Shown here piece after piece: positions 1 to 10,238 of a DNA stretch of 64,000 bases. Position 1 is the stretch's first letter, and every line of letters starts with the position of its first letter. The notes under the pieces are model-generated. The model did not search any database, was not told the origin of the DNA, and saw only the letters and a list, made by a program, of their open reading frames with translations. The DNA comes from Nitrosopumilus sp. GTDB taxonomy: Archaea > Thermoproteota > Nitrososphaeria > Nitrososphaerales > Nitrosopumilaceae. A program made the translations under genes and the position numbers. Where the stretch lies: the NCBI GenBank assembly GCA_963662625.1, contig OY759726.1, positions 1,664,001 to 1,728,000 of the forward strand. Reading direction: 5' to 3'.

Positions 1-147
1 GTTGGCTCGTAACTGGGTGTGACGGGAATCGCGACAGGGTGACGGTGCGCGAGGCCATGCCCACGGATTGCCGTCCCGCGTCGTCCGACGTGTACCTGCC
101 CCGCCCGGCGGGTGACGGTGCGCGAGGCCATGCCCACGGATTGCCGT
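1..147. CRISPR. Putative end of a second CRISPR-like array with a non-canonical 38-bp repeat GGGTGACGGTGCGCGAGGCCATGCCCACGGATTGCCGT, truncated by the window edge
   Basis: Identical 38-bp copies at 37-74 and 110-147, separated by a unique 35 bp (75-109). The window begins with GT (the last 2 nt of the repeat) followed by a unique 34 bp (3-36). The 73-bp period matches the main array. Only 2 full copies are visible. Confidence 0.55.
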
Positions 148-254
148 GGGCGCGGGGAGTGCGTCTGCCCGGAAAGGGCGTGTTCCACCGCGCCGCGCGG
201 GGCCGCCGGCGTTTTGGGAGGGCCTGTGTGATGGGGCGCGCCCGATCCTAGTGC

Positions 255-660
255 CTGGGGGCGTCACGCGCCGGGCTTTGCGTGGCAATGCACGCCGGAA
301 GATCCCGGGAAGGCGCACAAGAAAGAGAAGGGCCCGAGGGCCAGGACCCGGATGGCCGCGGCGGGCATGGCGCGCATGAGCGATGAAGGCATCCGGCACA
401 CGGCAGGCTCCCCCATGCAGTGCCCCGGCCGGGTGCTGTCTTGGGCGGGACGCCTCGGGGAGGGCGGCACCGGCGACCTCCGGGAGCCTTCCCAAGGGCG
501 GGAGGCCGCCAAAGGCCAGGCTTGAGGAGATCCAGGGCATGCGGGGCGGCACGGGCGGCACCGCTGCCCAGGAGAGGCTCCGCGGGGACATGCGGCGGCA
601 GCTGGGCGTGTCGGCGGGAGGTCCCCGGCGCCCAAGATCTTTGGATCGCCGCCATGCGGG
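255..660 (+). mobile_element. Degenerate GC-rich IS66-like transposase remnant
   Basis: The frame RRALRGNARRKIPG resembles the IS66 ERALR..V..RK motif. It shares blocks (gcgccggg.tttgcgtggcaa.gcacgccgga; gatcccgggaaggcg; gatcgccgccatgcgg) with 11700-11790 and 41420-41710. Confidence 0.45.
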
Positions 661-693
661 GGGTTGCCGCCGGCGGCGATGGCAGGAAACCGC

Positions 694-909
694 TTACAGC
701 AATCCGATGAATTCCTTTTTTGTCAAGCCACAGTCAGAGATTATCTGCAGCAGCAACCCCTTGCCAAGTTCTTTTTTTCTAGGAATCGAGGTCCACGCCC
801 CCTTGCCGTCCTCAACTATGATGTGGCTTCCGGCCTGCCTGACTGGGCGAAAACCCACTTTTTGCAATGCCTTGAGCACTTCCAAATACCCGATGACGGG
901 GAGGCTCAA
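694..909 (-). CDS. hicA: HicA-family mRNA interferase toxin
   Basis: 71 aa, LKALQKVGF..RQAGSHII motif with the catalytic His; overlaps hicB by 4 nt. Confidence 0.9.
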   Translation of the reverse strand: MSLPVIGYLEVLKALQKVGFRPVRQAGSHIIVEDGKGAWTSIPRKKELGKGLLLQIISDCGLTKKEFIGLL

Positions 910-1118
910 ATCGAAACCGTGACCAGTTCTGATGCCGAGTCCTTTTTGGCCTCAAGGTACGATCTGCATAACTTTATCGCCTTTTTTGTATCCGTGATTG
1001 CTTCCTCCTTTGTTCCGCCCTGGCCCCTGGCCTGCGGGATTTCCAGGCAGTGTCCGACAAAAAACTTTCCGTCTTCTTTAACCATGATGCTGTACTCTTT
1101 TTTACCCATGGTGCCCAT
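906..1118 (-). CDS. hicB: HicB-family antitoxin
   Basis: 70 aa, EDGKFFVGHCLEIPQARGQGGTKEEAI..AI motif typical of the HicB N-terminal domain. Confidence 0.88.
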   Translation of the reverse strand: MGTMGKKEYSIMVKEDGKFFVGHCLEIPQARGQGGTKEEAITDTKKAIKLCRSYLEAKKDSASELVTVSI

Positions 1119-1196
1119 GGGCGAGTCTGTTTTATAACCCTACCTTAACCCTCAGTCAAGCGAAATATGCCCGATCCCGCCCCTCATGGAGGGGAC

Positions 1197-2304
1197 TAGT
1201 GACGATCATTGAAAATTTCCCCTCATATGGAGCGGTACGGGAACTTGCAGGTACCCGCCCTGATCGGGCACGTCCTGAAATGCCCCGAGACTGAGCGCCT
1301 CAAGTCATCCGGCGTCCCGTGGTGCCCGGGCGCGACCGGCCCGTGCTCTGCCCCCTCCCGCACGGCCCCCGCCGCGCCGGGCTTCGGCGTGGCGGCGGGA
1401 AGGCACGGCACCCCGATCTCTCGGCGGTCCCGCGGGCGTTCCCCCGCGCCCGCCGTCCCGTGCTGCCCCGCGCTGCCCGCTGTCACCAGCGCGCGCTCCC
1501 GCTCGCGCCGGATCTCCCCGGGGCACGCCAGGAAGGCGTCCCCGCCGGACCTGCCGCACGGCCGCACCGGCCCCGTCCCGTCTGCCGCGAGGGAGCCGCG
1601 CGCGACTGCCCCGTCCCCCCTGCCGGACCTGCCGGCGGCGACCCCCTCCCCGACGCGGGACCAGAGCCTCCTGCCGTTGGTGCCCGTCCCGGCGATGACG
1701 GGCCCGTCCTGCACCACCATCATCATCTTGCGCCTCCTTGCGCGCGCAACCGCGCCTGCCGCACCGGCCCGCCGCCGCCGCACCGCGTCGTCGTCTGCGG
1801 CTGCGGCGTATCCTGTCGTGGGCCCCTTGGGGGAGAACCCCGGTTCCCCCGTGATCCCGCGCGCGCCGCGCGGGCCGTGCGCGCGCCCGGGCTTCCGGCG
1901 CGTCCCGTCGCGGGGCCTCCCCGGCGCGGGCACGCCCATGCGGCAGGGCCTGCCGGCAAGCCTGCCCATGGGGCCGTACCGGACGCGCGGGTTCCTTCCC
2001 CTGCCGGGAATGTCCCGGAGGCCGCCGGCGCCGCCGGCGCCGGACCGTTCCACCCACAGGCGGACGGTGCGCTGTCCCGCGTCCGCAAGGCACGCGGCGT
2101 CACTCGCGGGGTATCCGCCGGGCACCCCGCGCACTGCCATCATCCTGTTGCGGATCCTGGCGTCCCTCCCTGCGCGCATGGCCTCCGTCAGGTCCCGTAG
2201 TTTCCTGTCGGTCTCGCCCGTGGATGGTTCGGCGATCCGGCGATCAATAAGCTTTTCTGCAGTGCGACCTCCCAGGGGGGGGGAATTATTTGTGAGCGTT
2301 ACTC
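1197..2304 (-). mobile_element. IS630-family element with a decayed transposase (ORF 1223-2338)
   Basis: The ORF retains IS630 N-terminal features (RNRMMAVRGV; RTVRLWVER...GGLRDIPGRGR), but the DDE residues are eroded. Imperfect TIRs TAGTGACGATCATTGAAAATTTCCCC (1197-1222) and the revcomp of 2280-2304. Confidence 0.75.
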
Positions 2305-2423
2305 TGGCCCTTAAGCATTCGGTTTTGATCGGTCTCACTCTAGCGTGGTTCAGTCCAGTATTGTGTTACATAATGATCGGTGAACCCGGCCAAGCTGACT
2401 ATGCACGCAATCGTAAAAACTCC

Positions 2424-3341
2424 TCATTTTTTGGATAACGTGCCTGCTTCACACCCACGTGTAACATTACGATATTGCCCGTCCCAAAATATTTCTGCTA
2501 CCATGATGTAGTTGATCCCTATACTACGTAGTTTTTTTCTAACGCCTTTTTTATTCCCATGCAGCATCGATTTAATAAGTGGGTGCCTCATGATAGTTAA
2601 TATTGATTTGAGGGACAGTTTTTTGTTCCAGATGGGCCAAAACGTCTTATTTGTACTCCCGCCCCCGTGTTCACACGACACTGTTTCCAGTCCCTTGTTT
2701 GCAGGAACGCACCAATAGTTGGTAAACCCTACCGCCGCAAGGCGATTTGCACCGTCGACCCCTAGGAATCTATCTTTTGTTGGGTCGCGACTTCTATACG
2801 CATGAGGCCTGTACTCTCTATGATCCCACCTGAACCCTATGTCAGAATCGTCTTTGTATTCCCATTTCTCAAACAACACATTCCAAACATCTTCTTTCAC
2901 ACATTCTGCAGTATCTTCACTGAAATTTGTGGCCTTCATCAACCTCTCCAAAAAGTATTGGTGTCCTGCACCCAACAACATGCACAGTGGTGGGTATTGA
3001 ACATGTTCTTTACGCAATGCGCCGTCTGATCCCAGAGACGCCATTATTTCATGAGGCGTTTTCTCTTGAAGCTTTTGGAATTTCTCAGGCGAAAGTTTTA
3101 GTGTTTTTTCCTCAAACTGCATCAACGATCCGACATGGGCAATCCCCTCCACCACTGCGTCAACCATGTCTGCCTTGTTTGTGGTATGAGACAAGTGCAA
3201 ATGTGGCACAACCCCATCCCATGATGCCTGCGCATTCCATCCTGGACGCGAGTAGTCCAGCACTTTGAGCAGGCCTAGCAACGCAAGAAACGCTAAAAGA
3301 TTGTCGTGTTCAAATCCCGCCAGCCTGATCTCGCTATTCAT
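2424..3341 (-). CDS. csb3: Type I-G (I-U) short large subunit Csb3 (Cas8g2-type)
   Basis: 305 aa, last gene of a cas7-csb2-cas3 operon; N-terminal L.G....NLLAFLALLG, GAGHQYF and GANRLAAVG motifs; 4-nt overlap with the cas3 stop. Confidence 0.75.
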   Translation of the reverse strand: MNSEIRLAGFEHDNLLAFLALLGLLKVLDYSRPGWNAQASWDGVVPHLHLSHTTNKADMVDAVVEGIAHVGSLMQFEEKTLKLSPEKFQKLQEKTPHEIMASLGSDGALRKEHVQYPPLCMLLGAGHQYFLERLMKATNFSEDTAECVKEDVWNVLFEKWEYKDDSDIGFRWDHREYRPHAYRSRDPTKDRFLGVDGANRLAAVGFTNYWCVPANKGLETVSCEHGGGSTNKTFWPIWNKKLSLKSILTIMRHPLIKSMLHGNKKGVRKKLRSIGINYIMVAEIFWDGQYRNVTRGCEAGTLSKK

Positions 3342-6202
3342 GAGGATGCCTCCTTTTCAGATTGGCGGTGATCTGCCAAGCGGATCATGGCCTCCATGTA
3401 CGCCAGTTGCCAATACCCGTATTTTTGGCATAAATGTTCTACCATTTCTATCCACCCAGAATCTATCCGCATGAGGTCGTAGTTTGATACCGCTTTTACA
3501 CCATCAAACCGGAATGTTCTGGAATAGTCCGCGTACTTCCCACTGACAATCGGGAACACTGGCCTGCCATACCCATGATGCGTTCCTATTAGGTATTCTA
3601 CAAGCTGATGATCGTGTGAGTTTTTCATGCTGGGATGGCTCCTTGCGATGTTTACCGACCAGCATTCGTGCCTATATCCTGAAGGGAGCCGCGCCAAATC
3701 TAGGAATTTTTCATATTCTTTTTTGCTATCTATGCTTGATGTTCCCTTTGCAATCAACTTGTCATCTAACAACTCATCCGGATCTTGCTTGCGCAACAGT
3801 GCCTGCACCCTTTTCTCTGCCTTTCCAGCATCGTGTAATAACGCGGCCAACTCTATGTCCTTCAGAATTTTTTTATTCATTCCTACACTGGTTCCAAACG
3901 CCTCTACATGTTCTTGCACGCCCTTGCAATGCCGCAGCAAATCGATGGGCTTGGTGCCCATGGCAGATTTGTATTCTTCCTCCGTGGTAGATTCCCCTCC
4001 GTGGATTTCATTTTGTGCATAGCCATACATGTCTGAGTCTGGATCGCTTGAAAATATTTCTTTGATCTCTTCCAGCGTGACTTTTCGTTTGTATGTGACA
4101 CCCTGTACCAATGCAGCGTCACCGCTAACCACAATCTTTACATCTGTGGATTTAATGTTGCGTTTCATTATGTTGAGCATACCCTTCCACATTGTGGGAA
4201 TTCCTTCTATGGAATGGATTCCATTTAATAGATCGCCGGTGTTTCCTGATTCTGAATATTCCGCAATAATTTTTTTGACTTGATCGCACACATCAGAACC
4301 ACACACAGATTTTACAAACTCTTCGTTTAATCGTATTCCCAATCTCCTTCGATGAATGATGTTGGCCTCGATTCCGATATCTGAAACAGGTACTCTGCTG
4401 TTGTCATCCCAACCGTATCTGTCACACCCGCCACGCGTGGAAGGTACCAATATGACATCACCCGGCTTTATGCTTCCTGAATCTATGTGTTCTGTACCGT
4501 TACCTGCCCACCGCACAACTCTGCCATCGGATCCACTTCCTTCGCTTTCAAGAACTCCCTCCATGTCGCTCAGGGAGTAATCCGTTTCGCTTGAGAGCCA
4601 TTTCTTAGCGGTCCAGACAGGGATCGATACGGCCTCCAGCGGCGATGGTGGGTTGACCAGTGTCTGATCAGTTTCTGTTTCACCTGTAATGTCGACGCGC
4701 CAAATCAACTGTATGTCTGGGGATTTGGACTCCCTTCCATGTAAAAAGAACTGTGGGGCTGGATCTGGGTTGGGGGGAGGCCTAGTTTGTGCCCAAAACT
4801 GCAGATATAGGGGATTCAGGGTTACAGTGTCTGCCCTTGGCGCAATGATGTCTTCGCCCTCAGGCAGTTTGAAGTATTTTATGCCAAAATCCACTATGTT
4901 TTCGTCTGCATGTTCTTCAAGATGCTTCCACACATGTGGTAGCACCTTCCCATACACAGGATCCGGTTTGTTGCTAGAGAGTTCCTGTTTGATTGCTATG
5001 ATCACTGCGTTGCTGGAATTGTTGTTTCCAAATCTATTCAGCCTGCCAAAACGTTGGCATAATGAATCAACAGGTGCAATCTGCGTCACCATGGCATCGA
5101 AGCTCACGTCTACGCCTACCTCGACGCATTGTGTTGCTACAAAGAAAACTTTTTTCCCTGGCATAATCTCGGCTTCGCCACGTATGGCTTCGATGCTATT
5201 TTTTACAAATGTGTCACGTTCAAGCGGCCTTGCCCTGCCTATGAGGAGATGAACAACACATCCTTTATACCTGCTGTTTTGCTCGATCCGCCTTCCTATC
5301 AGTGAAAATACATCCCTTGCCATCTTCACCCTGTTCACCACCACGCCTATGGATTTCACACTGTCGCCCTCGGCCAGTTTGAATGCCGACTCGACAAATT
5401 TTTCACGCTGCTTATCCATGTTAGTGGTTATGAGTTCCGCATACTTGTGTGCGGATATTCTCTTTTGCAGTTTGTCGTCGTTGAACATTTTATCCTTGCT
5501 GTTGGGCCATGATGAACTCTTGTCTGCAAGCGTGGCGCTCATAAACACGAACTTGAACGGCAGCATTGCGTTCTCAGGTTGCATGGCCTGGATGCTCTTC
5601 AGCGTGTCACAGAAGGGCTTCGACGTGTGGGCTTCGTCCAAAATATATAGCACATCCGATCCAAGCAAGCCTGCGTGGATGGGCTTCATCGAGTCTGACA
5701 CACCATACCCTCGAAATAACAGTCTAGAGCCTGCCTGGTCTACGGTAGAAATAATCACAGATGGCTGTGTGGGGGTTCTAACCCAGTCATTTTCTTGTGG
5801 CATGCCGCCCCTGATCTTGACTACCTCCAATGGCACGCCGTGAAATGAAGTGTTTTTGAGCAATTTAGCTATCTGTCTTGACACGCGCCCTTGTGACTCT
5901 CGTATGTTTTTAGCAATTTTGCACGCATGCCTAAAGGCGTCATCCACCACCAGGCGACGATCAACAACAAAAACTATCCTCATGGGTGCTTTTCTGTTTT
6001 GCTTCTTGGCGGACTCTAGCGCTAGATGAAATACCGCTATGTCGATCACTGATGTCTTTCCGGCCGCGGTGGGAAGGTTTAATGCTTGGGGCCATTCCCC
6101 GGCCGTACATACCTGCTCTGCAAGCTTAGATTGCCACTTGAATGGGGGGTGCCCGTGCGTCTCCTCAAAGAAGGTACTGAAATCAGACGTAGCGAGTCTC
6201 AT
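3338..6202 (-). CDS. cas3: Type I-G Cas3 helicase-nuclease (HD domain C-terminal)
   Basis: LPTAAGKT, VVDRR, STVDQAGSRLLFRGYG, DEAH, MSAT, QRFGRLNR; C-terminal LLRHC...HDAGK HD domain. The ATG at 6202 overlaps the csb2 stop (ATGA). Confidence 0.95.
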   Translation of the reverse strand: MRLATSDFSTFFEETHGHPPFKWQSKLAEQVCTAGEWPQALNLPTAAGKTSVIDIAVFHLALESAKKQNRKAPMRIVFVVDRRLVVDDAFRHACKIAKNIRESQGRVSRQIAKLLKNTSFHGVPLEVVKIRGGMPQENDWVRTPTQPSVIISTVDQAGSRLLFRGYGVSDSMKPIHAGLLGSDVLYILDEAHTSKPFCDTLKSIQAMQPENAMLPFKFVFMSATLADKSSSWPNSKDKMFNDDKLQKRISAHKYAELITTNMDKQREKFVESAFKLAEGDSVKSIGVVVNRVKMARDVFSLIGRRIEQNSRYKGCVVHLLIGRARPLERDTFVKNSIEAIRGEAEIMPGKKVFFVATQCVEVGVDVSFDAMVTQIAPVDSLCQRFGRLNRFGNNNSSNAVIIAIKQELSSNKPDPVYGKVLPHVWKHLEEHADENIVDFGIKYFKLPEGEDIIAPRADTVTLNPLYLQFWAQTRPPPNPDPAPQFFLHGRESKSPDIQLIWRVDITGETETDQTLVNPPSPLEAVSIPVWTAKKWLSSETDYSLSDMEGVLESEGSGSDGRVVRWAGNGTEHIDSGSIKPGDVILVPSTRGGCDRYGWDDNSRVPVSDIGIEANIIHRRRLGIRLNEEFVKSVCGSDVCDQVKKIIAEYSESGNTGDLLNGIHSIEGIPTMWKGMLNIMKRNIKSTDVKIVVSGDAALVQGVTYKRKVTLEEIKEIFSSDPDSDMYGYAQNEIHGGESTTEEEYKSAMGTKPIDLLRHCKGVQEHVEAFGTSVGMNKKILKDIELAALLHDAGKAEKRVQALLRKQDPDELLDDKLIAKGTSSIDSKKEYEKFLDLARLPSGYRHECWSVNIARSHPSMKNSHDHQLVEYLIGTHHGYGRPVFPIVSGKYADYSRTFRFDGVKAVSNYDLMRIDSGWIEMVEHLCQKYGYWQLAYMEAMIRLADHRQSEKEASS

Positions 6203-7677
6203 GGCTCTCCACTCATGCACAAACCCAATCCGTAGTACCGCCCTGAACCTAGCAACAACGGACCACGTATCTTGTATTTAAATTCCAACACTGCATGACA
6301 GATGAATTTGTTATCTAGCATTCCTGCCTTGGGAGATTTCCACCCCCTGTTTGATTTTGACACGAATGCCGCAGGTGCACCGGCCACTTGAGAATACCTG
6401 GATATTTTTACGCGTTCCGGCCTTGGGAGCCCAACATTCTCACAACTGTCGGATATTATGGTCTCTGCACTCTTGTTTTTCTTTGGGTGCTTGTCCAACA
6501 CAATGGGGGTGACTGTATCCCATACACTGCTCTTAGTGGTATACCGTTGCGACTGCAAGGACATCTTGTCCTCATTGGATTTTTTGAGTTTTATGACAGC
6601 ATGTTCGCTAAGATAAAGTGTTCCCACATCGTCGCGATCAGATTTGTCATGATCTGAATTCAGGAACCTAAACACAGAGCGCTTTAATTGGATCCTTTCA
6701 TCCGTTCCATATGATGATCTGCTAGGTAATACCAGCGCAATTCCAACAAGCCTGCCGTCAGAATACTCTTTCCATCCGACGTTCGCCATGGGGATTATGG
6801 CCATGTGTGGTTTTTGAAGGACACCTTTGTTCCGGCCATGTCCTGAGATCACCTCGTGTATGGGGTCATCTATGTGTGACATTATGGCGTTCCTGAGCTT
6901 TTTTGCTATTATAGGAAATGATTCCAATGGGGGATTGATGTCGCCTTTCACACATGAAAGAATGATCCAGTCACCCCCCATGTTGTTTGGGATGTCTTCT
7001 GGCACGAATTCGTGATACTGGCAAGTGGGTGCCGCATTTGGTCTCCACACAAACCGTCCGCCAGTACTAGAATGGGATTCATATTCCTGACTCACGTTAT
7101 CAAAGCGTCCCTTGTATGGGCACCGCATGGAGATCATCCCATCATCATCACAGACATACTTGTTTTCCCATGCGTAGTTTGTATTGGACTTTAATACAAC
7201 CCTTACCAGCGATGCGGGATGGCCTAACCATGATATTCGATTTGCAATGTTCTGCAATGAGCCGTATGTTTTCTCTGGGATGCTTGTGTTATTCCAGACT
7301 AGATGGATGCAACACTGATCATTTGGAAGTATAACTGCCGGAAACGCCCTCTCTTTTCTCGCTATGCTGTTCTCCATCTCGTATATTGGAATATTTTTCA
7401 GGTACTTTGGTAGATTTTCACTGTTGCTTGATGTCGGAACAAAATTTGTGAATGAATCACGTAGATTCGTGTCTGGGAATAGTATGTCTGGTGGATTCTG
7501 AGCCTCAAGCCATCGCAATGCATTGGATTCCTCAGAATCTTTGCCTGATTGACCCCATGCTGCAACAAATGCTAAAAACACTCTGTCTGGGTGTGGGGGC
7601 CACTCTGCCTGGTTTTTTTTATCATGCCGTGCTGCAAATGAGACACGATTAAGATACTCGATTTCAATTGAAAACAT
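6199..7677 (-). CDS. csb2: Csb2 (Cas5-Cas6 fusion RAMP)
   Basis: EWPPHPDRVFLAFVAAW N-terminus, WDTVTPIVL, C-terminal GPLLLGSGRYYGLGLC glycine loop. Confidence 0.93.
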   Translation of the reverse strand: MFSIEIEYLNRVSFAARHDKKNQAEWPPHPDRVFLAFVAAWGQSGKDSEESNALRWLEAQNPPDILFPDTNLRDSFTNFVPTSSNSENLPKYLKNIPIYEMENSIARKERAFPAVILPNDQCCIHLVWNNTSIPEKTYGSLQNIANRISWLGHPASLVRVVLKSNTNYAWENKYVCDDDGMISMRCPYKGRFDNVSQEYESHSSTGGRFVWRPNAAPTCQYHEFVPEDIPNNMGGDWIILSCVKGDINPPLESFPIIAKKLRNAIMSHIDDPIHEVISGHGRNKGVLQKPHMAIIPMANVGWKEYSDGRLVGIALVLPSRSSYGTDERIQLKRSVFRFLNSDHDKSDRDDVGTLYLSEHAVIKLKKSNEDKMSLQSQRYTTKSSVWDTVTPIVLDKHPKKNKSAETIISDSCENVGLPRPERVKISRYSQVAGAPAAFVSKSNRGWKSPKAGMLDNKFICHAVLEFKYKIRGPLLLGSGRYYGLGLCMSGEP

Positions 7678-7683
7678 TTCCAG

Positions 7684-8877
7684 CTAGTCTGCTTTAGGCT
7701 CTCTTGATTTTTTTATGAGATCGACAAGTTTTTTTTGTGGGGTTAGTTTTATGAATTCGGTTTCCCAACGAAGCCCCCGTTTTTTTGCGTTTTTTACGGA
7801 ATCTACCAGCAACATTTTTGCGCCATCTGCAGTTAATTGCATCTTTTTTATGTCACCGTCATTCTCGATGATTTCAAAGCATGATTTTTCTTCTGGATAC
7901 AAATCGCATCTTGACCTAAGCGAAAAACCATTTTTGTCATGTTGTGTCACTGCGCAAAGCGATAATGCTGCGAGTGTAGTCCATGCAGCTAGATTCCTTT
8001 CGTGGGTGACGGTATTATCCTCGTTAGGGAATGATAGCCGTCTGAGCCCTGCAAACGTTATAGCTGTGGTTTGCTGTGCATAATCCATTGTAACACCCTG
8101 CTCTGATATGATCGGTGGGATGTTTCCGTGCATTACATCTGACGGTTTGGCATTTTTACTGTCTGCAAACTTGCCTAGCGACCACTTGGCGGAAGACTTT
8201 GACTTGAAAATTTCAACCTTCTCTATCTCTAACGGATCGATTCTGCTCCCTGGCTTTTTGCCCTCAGCCGTATAGTGATGATTACCAGCTTGGTCATGTT
8301 CATTCTTGACCGGAACATTGACTCCGACGATTTCTGAAACCACGCATCGTTGAAATCTGGGCCCGTTTCCACCTCTGTCGCCACTGGAGTTCCATCCGCC
8401 AAAAATTAGTGTGGTGGGAGAGTAGTGAAACAATTCTGTAGCGTTTGATGGAGTGGCTTTGTCTACCGCAACACCAATATCTGTTTTAGGAAAGTCCACT
8501 TTGTTTAGCTGAGAATCGCGTATGATCGCATCAAATATTCTGTGCGGGGCTGTCAAAACGGAAACTGTGCCTATTCCATCTATATGATCACTAAAGTCTA
8601 CACCTATGTTGGGAATTTCTAACTCCCCTGCCTGTAAGGCGTTTGATAAGGCTATTTCAAATCTGTTAGCTTGTGATTGCACACTGTCAAGCAAAACACA
8701 TACTGTGTCTTTGCCATCAATTCGTCTTTTCTCAAAAATATGTATTGGTTTTTTATCATTTCCAAGATAAGTTGGTGGTGAAACGTAACTGCCTGTTTTA
8801 TTAATCGGCTGTAAACGACGAACGCGACGTATAGCACTTGAATTTGATACAGTTTCCATAAACTCGGCGATCTTCAT
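7684..8877 (-). CDS. cas7: Csb1/Cas7 backbone subunit, type I-G
   Basis: VSPPTY, LLDSVQSQANRFE, APHRIFDA, LIFGGWNS, LRSRCDL motifs. Confidence 0.93.
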   Translation of the reverse strand: MKIAEFMETVSNSSAIRRVRRLQPINKTGSYVSPPTYLGNDKKPIHIFEKRRIDGKDTVCVLLDSVQSQANRFEIALSNALQAGELEIPNIGVDFSDHIDGIGTVSVLTAPHRIFDAIIRDSQLNKVDFPKTDIGVAVDKATPSNATELFHYSPTTLIFGGWNSSGDRGGNGPRFQRCVVSEIVGVNVPVKNEHDQAGNHHYTAEGKKPGSRIDPLEIEKVEIFKSKSSAKWSLGKFADSKNAKPSDVMHGNIPPIISEQGVTMDYAQQTTAITFAGLRRLSFPNEDNTVTHERNLAAWTTLAALSLCAVTQHDKNGFSLRSRCDLYPEEKSCFEIIENDGDIKKMQLTADGAKMLLVDSVKNAKKRGLRWETEFIKLTPQKKLVDLIKKSREPKAD

Positions 8878-8899
8878 TTATACGTATACTAAGTGGATG

Positions 8900-8920
8900 T
8901 ATGTAGTTATAATCTTTATG
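8900..8920 (-). promoter_or_regulatory. Putative BRE/TATA promoter of cas operon 1
   Basis: Minus-strand AAAGATTATAAC about 30 nt upstream of the cas7 ATG (8877). Confidence 0.5.
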
Positions 8921-8928
8921 CAGTATTC

Positions 8929-10225
8929 TAGTCTGTTGCACAACTCGGCACGATCCCCGGGCCGTGGCCAGGCCGTGCCGCTTGGAGTCCCTACGCCCCC
9001 GCCTCCCCCGCCCACCGGTTGTACTGGGCCACCCTGAGCCTTACCTCCTGCACGATGTTCTCCCACCTGCGCGAGTGCACGTGGTCCCCGAACATCCTCT
9101 TGAACGCCGATATGATTATCTCGATCAGCCACCTCCTGCCGTACCCCTTCCTGGCCTTCCAGTACCGGACGTTCTCCTCCCTCTCCCTCGTGCCCATCCT
9201 GTCGACGCGCGCCTCCGGGCCGCCCCCCAGCTGGTCCCGCACCGCCTCGCCCCACGCGCCGCCGGCGCCCTTGCCCCTGGCGGTGGACGCCACCTTGACC
9301 GGGATGATAGGCCCCACGCCCATGTCGCGGCACCTCCGCATGTTGTCCCGCGACGCGTACGCCCCGTCCGCGATCAGGCGCGCCCCGTGGGAGCCGGGCG
9401 GCTGGCCGCACTGCAGCGCGAGCGGCGCCACGCCGCTCGCGAGGAGGTTGGGCGGGGGCGAGCCCACGCGCGGCAGGGGATCCCCCGCCGCGGCTGCCTT
9501 CCCGCGGATCAGCGCCATGCGCCTGTCCTGCTTCCCCGCCGGCTTCCCGTCCGGCTTCCCGTCCGGCTTCCCGTCCGGCTTCCCGCCACGCGGCTCCACC
9601 ACGGTTCCCAGGAGCTCCTTCAGCATGGGGGAGTCGCCCGTCCTGTCGTCGGTCACCACCGCCGCGAGTATCTTCTTCGTGTCGGCGTCGGCCAGCAGGT
9701 GCAGCTTGACGAACCCGCGCTTCACCTTCCACTTCTTCCGTATCCACTCGCCCCGGTTGCACTGCTTCAGGCCCGTGGCGTCGGCCAGCAGGGTCATGGG
9801 CTGGCCGCCGCCGGAGACGCGGACGACTCCCCCGCCGATGTCCACGTCGAGGCGCGCCATCCTCCTGGCCAGCACCGAGTAGTGCGGCGCGCCGTGCCCC
9901 CCCAGCATCCCCGCGAGGAGCCCGGACAGCTGCCTGTACTGTACCCCGAGCGAGGTCCTCACCGCGGCGGCGGCCATGACCAGCGCCCCGGCGTACCTGA
10001 ACGGGGCGCCCTCCTTGCCGGCGTTGGCCTCCCTCAGGTCGTCCTCCCAGCCGGGGTCATACGACACAGCCAGGCCCCTCCCGCGCCTGACGTATTTCTC
10101 GTTGTCGGTCGCAGCCAACGGGGACGGTGCGCGGCCGTGATCCAAGGCCTTTTCGGTTTGACATGGTTGGGCCGGGGGTTCAACTGTTTAGACCCGGCAA
10201 TTTCTGGCAGTTGTGCAACAGACTA
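8929..10225 (-). mobile_element. IS5-family element with perfect 17-bp TIRs and 8-bp TSD
   Basis: TIR TAGTCTGTTGCACAACT at 8929-8945 and inverted at 10209-10225; direct repeat CAGTATTC at 8921-8928 and 10226-10233. Confidence 0.9.
8991..10145 (-). CDS. IS5-family DDE transposase
   Basis: LLADATGLK, RGFVKLHL, LIADGAY, YGRRWLIE..S.FKR motifs; internal 12-bp tandem repeat encoding (GKPD)n at ~9530-9587. Confidence 0.88.
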   Translation of the reverse strand: MDHGRAPSPLAATDNEKYVRRGRGLAVSYDPGWEDDLREANAGKEGAPFRYAGALVMAAAAVRTSLGVQYRQLSGLLAGMLGGHGAPHYSVLARRMARLDVDIGGGVVRVSGGGQPMTLLADATGLKQCNRGEWIRKKWKVKRGFVKLHLLADADTKKILAAVVTDDRTGDSPMLKELLGTVVEPRGGKPDGKPDGKPDGKPAGKQDRRMALIRGKAAAAGDPLPRVGSPPPNLLASGVAPLALQCGQPPGSHGARLIADGAYASRDNMRRCRDMGVGPIIPVKVASTARGKGAGGAWGEAVRDQLGGGPEARVDRMGTREREENVRYWKARKGYGRRWLIEIIISAFKRMFGDHVHSRRWENIVQEVRLRVAQYNRWAGEAGA

Positions 10226-10238
10226 CAGTATTCGGGTA

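Noticed and set aside
2340-2412. Loose similarity (GAACCCGGCCAAGCTGAC vs GGACCCGCCAAGTGAC at ~12862) downstream of both cas operons
   Set aside because: Too short and gapped to support a shared element.
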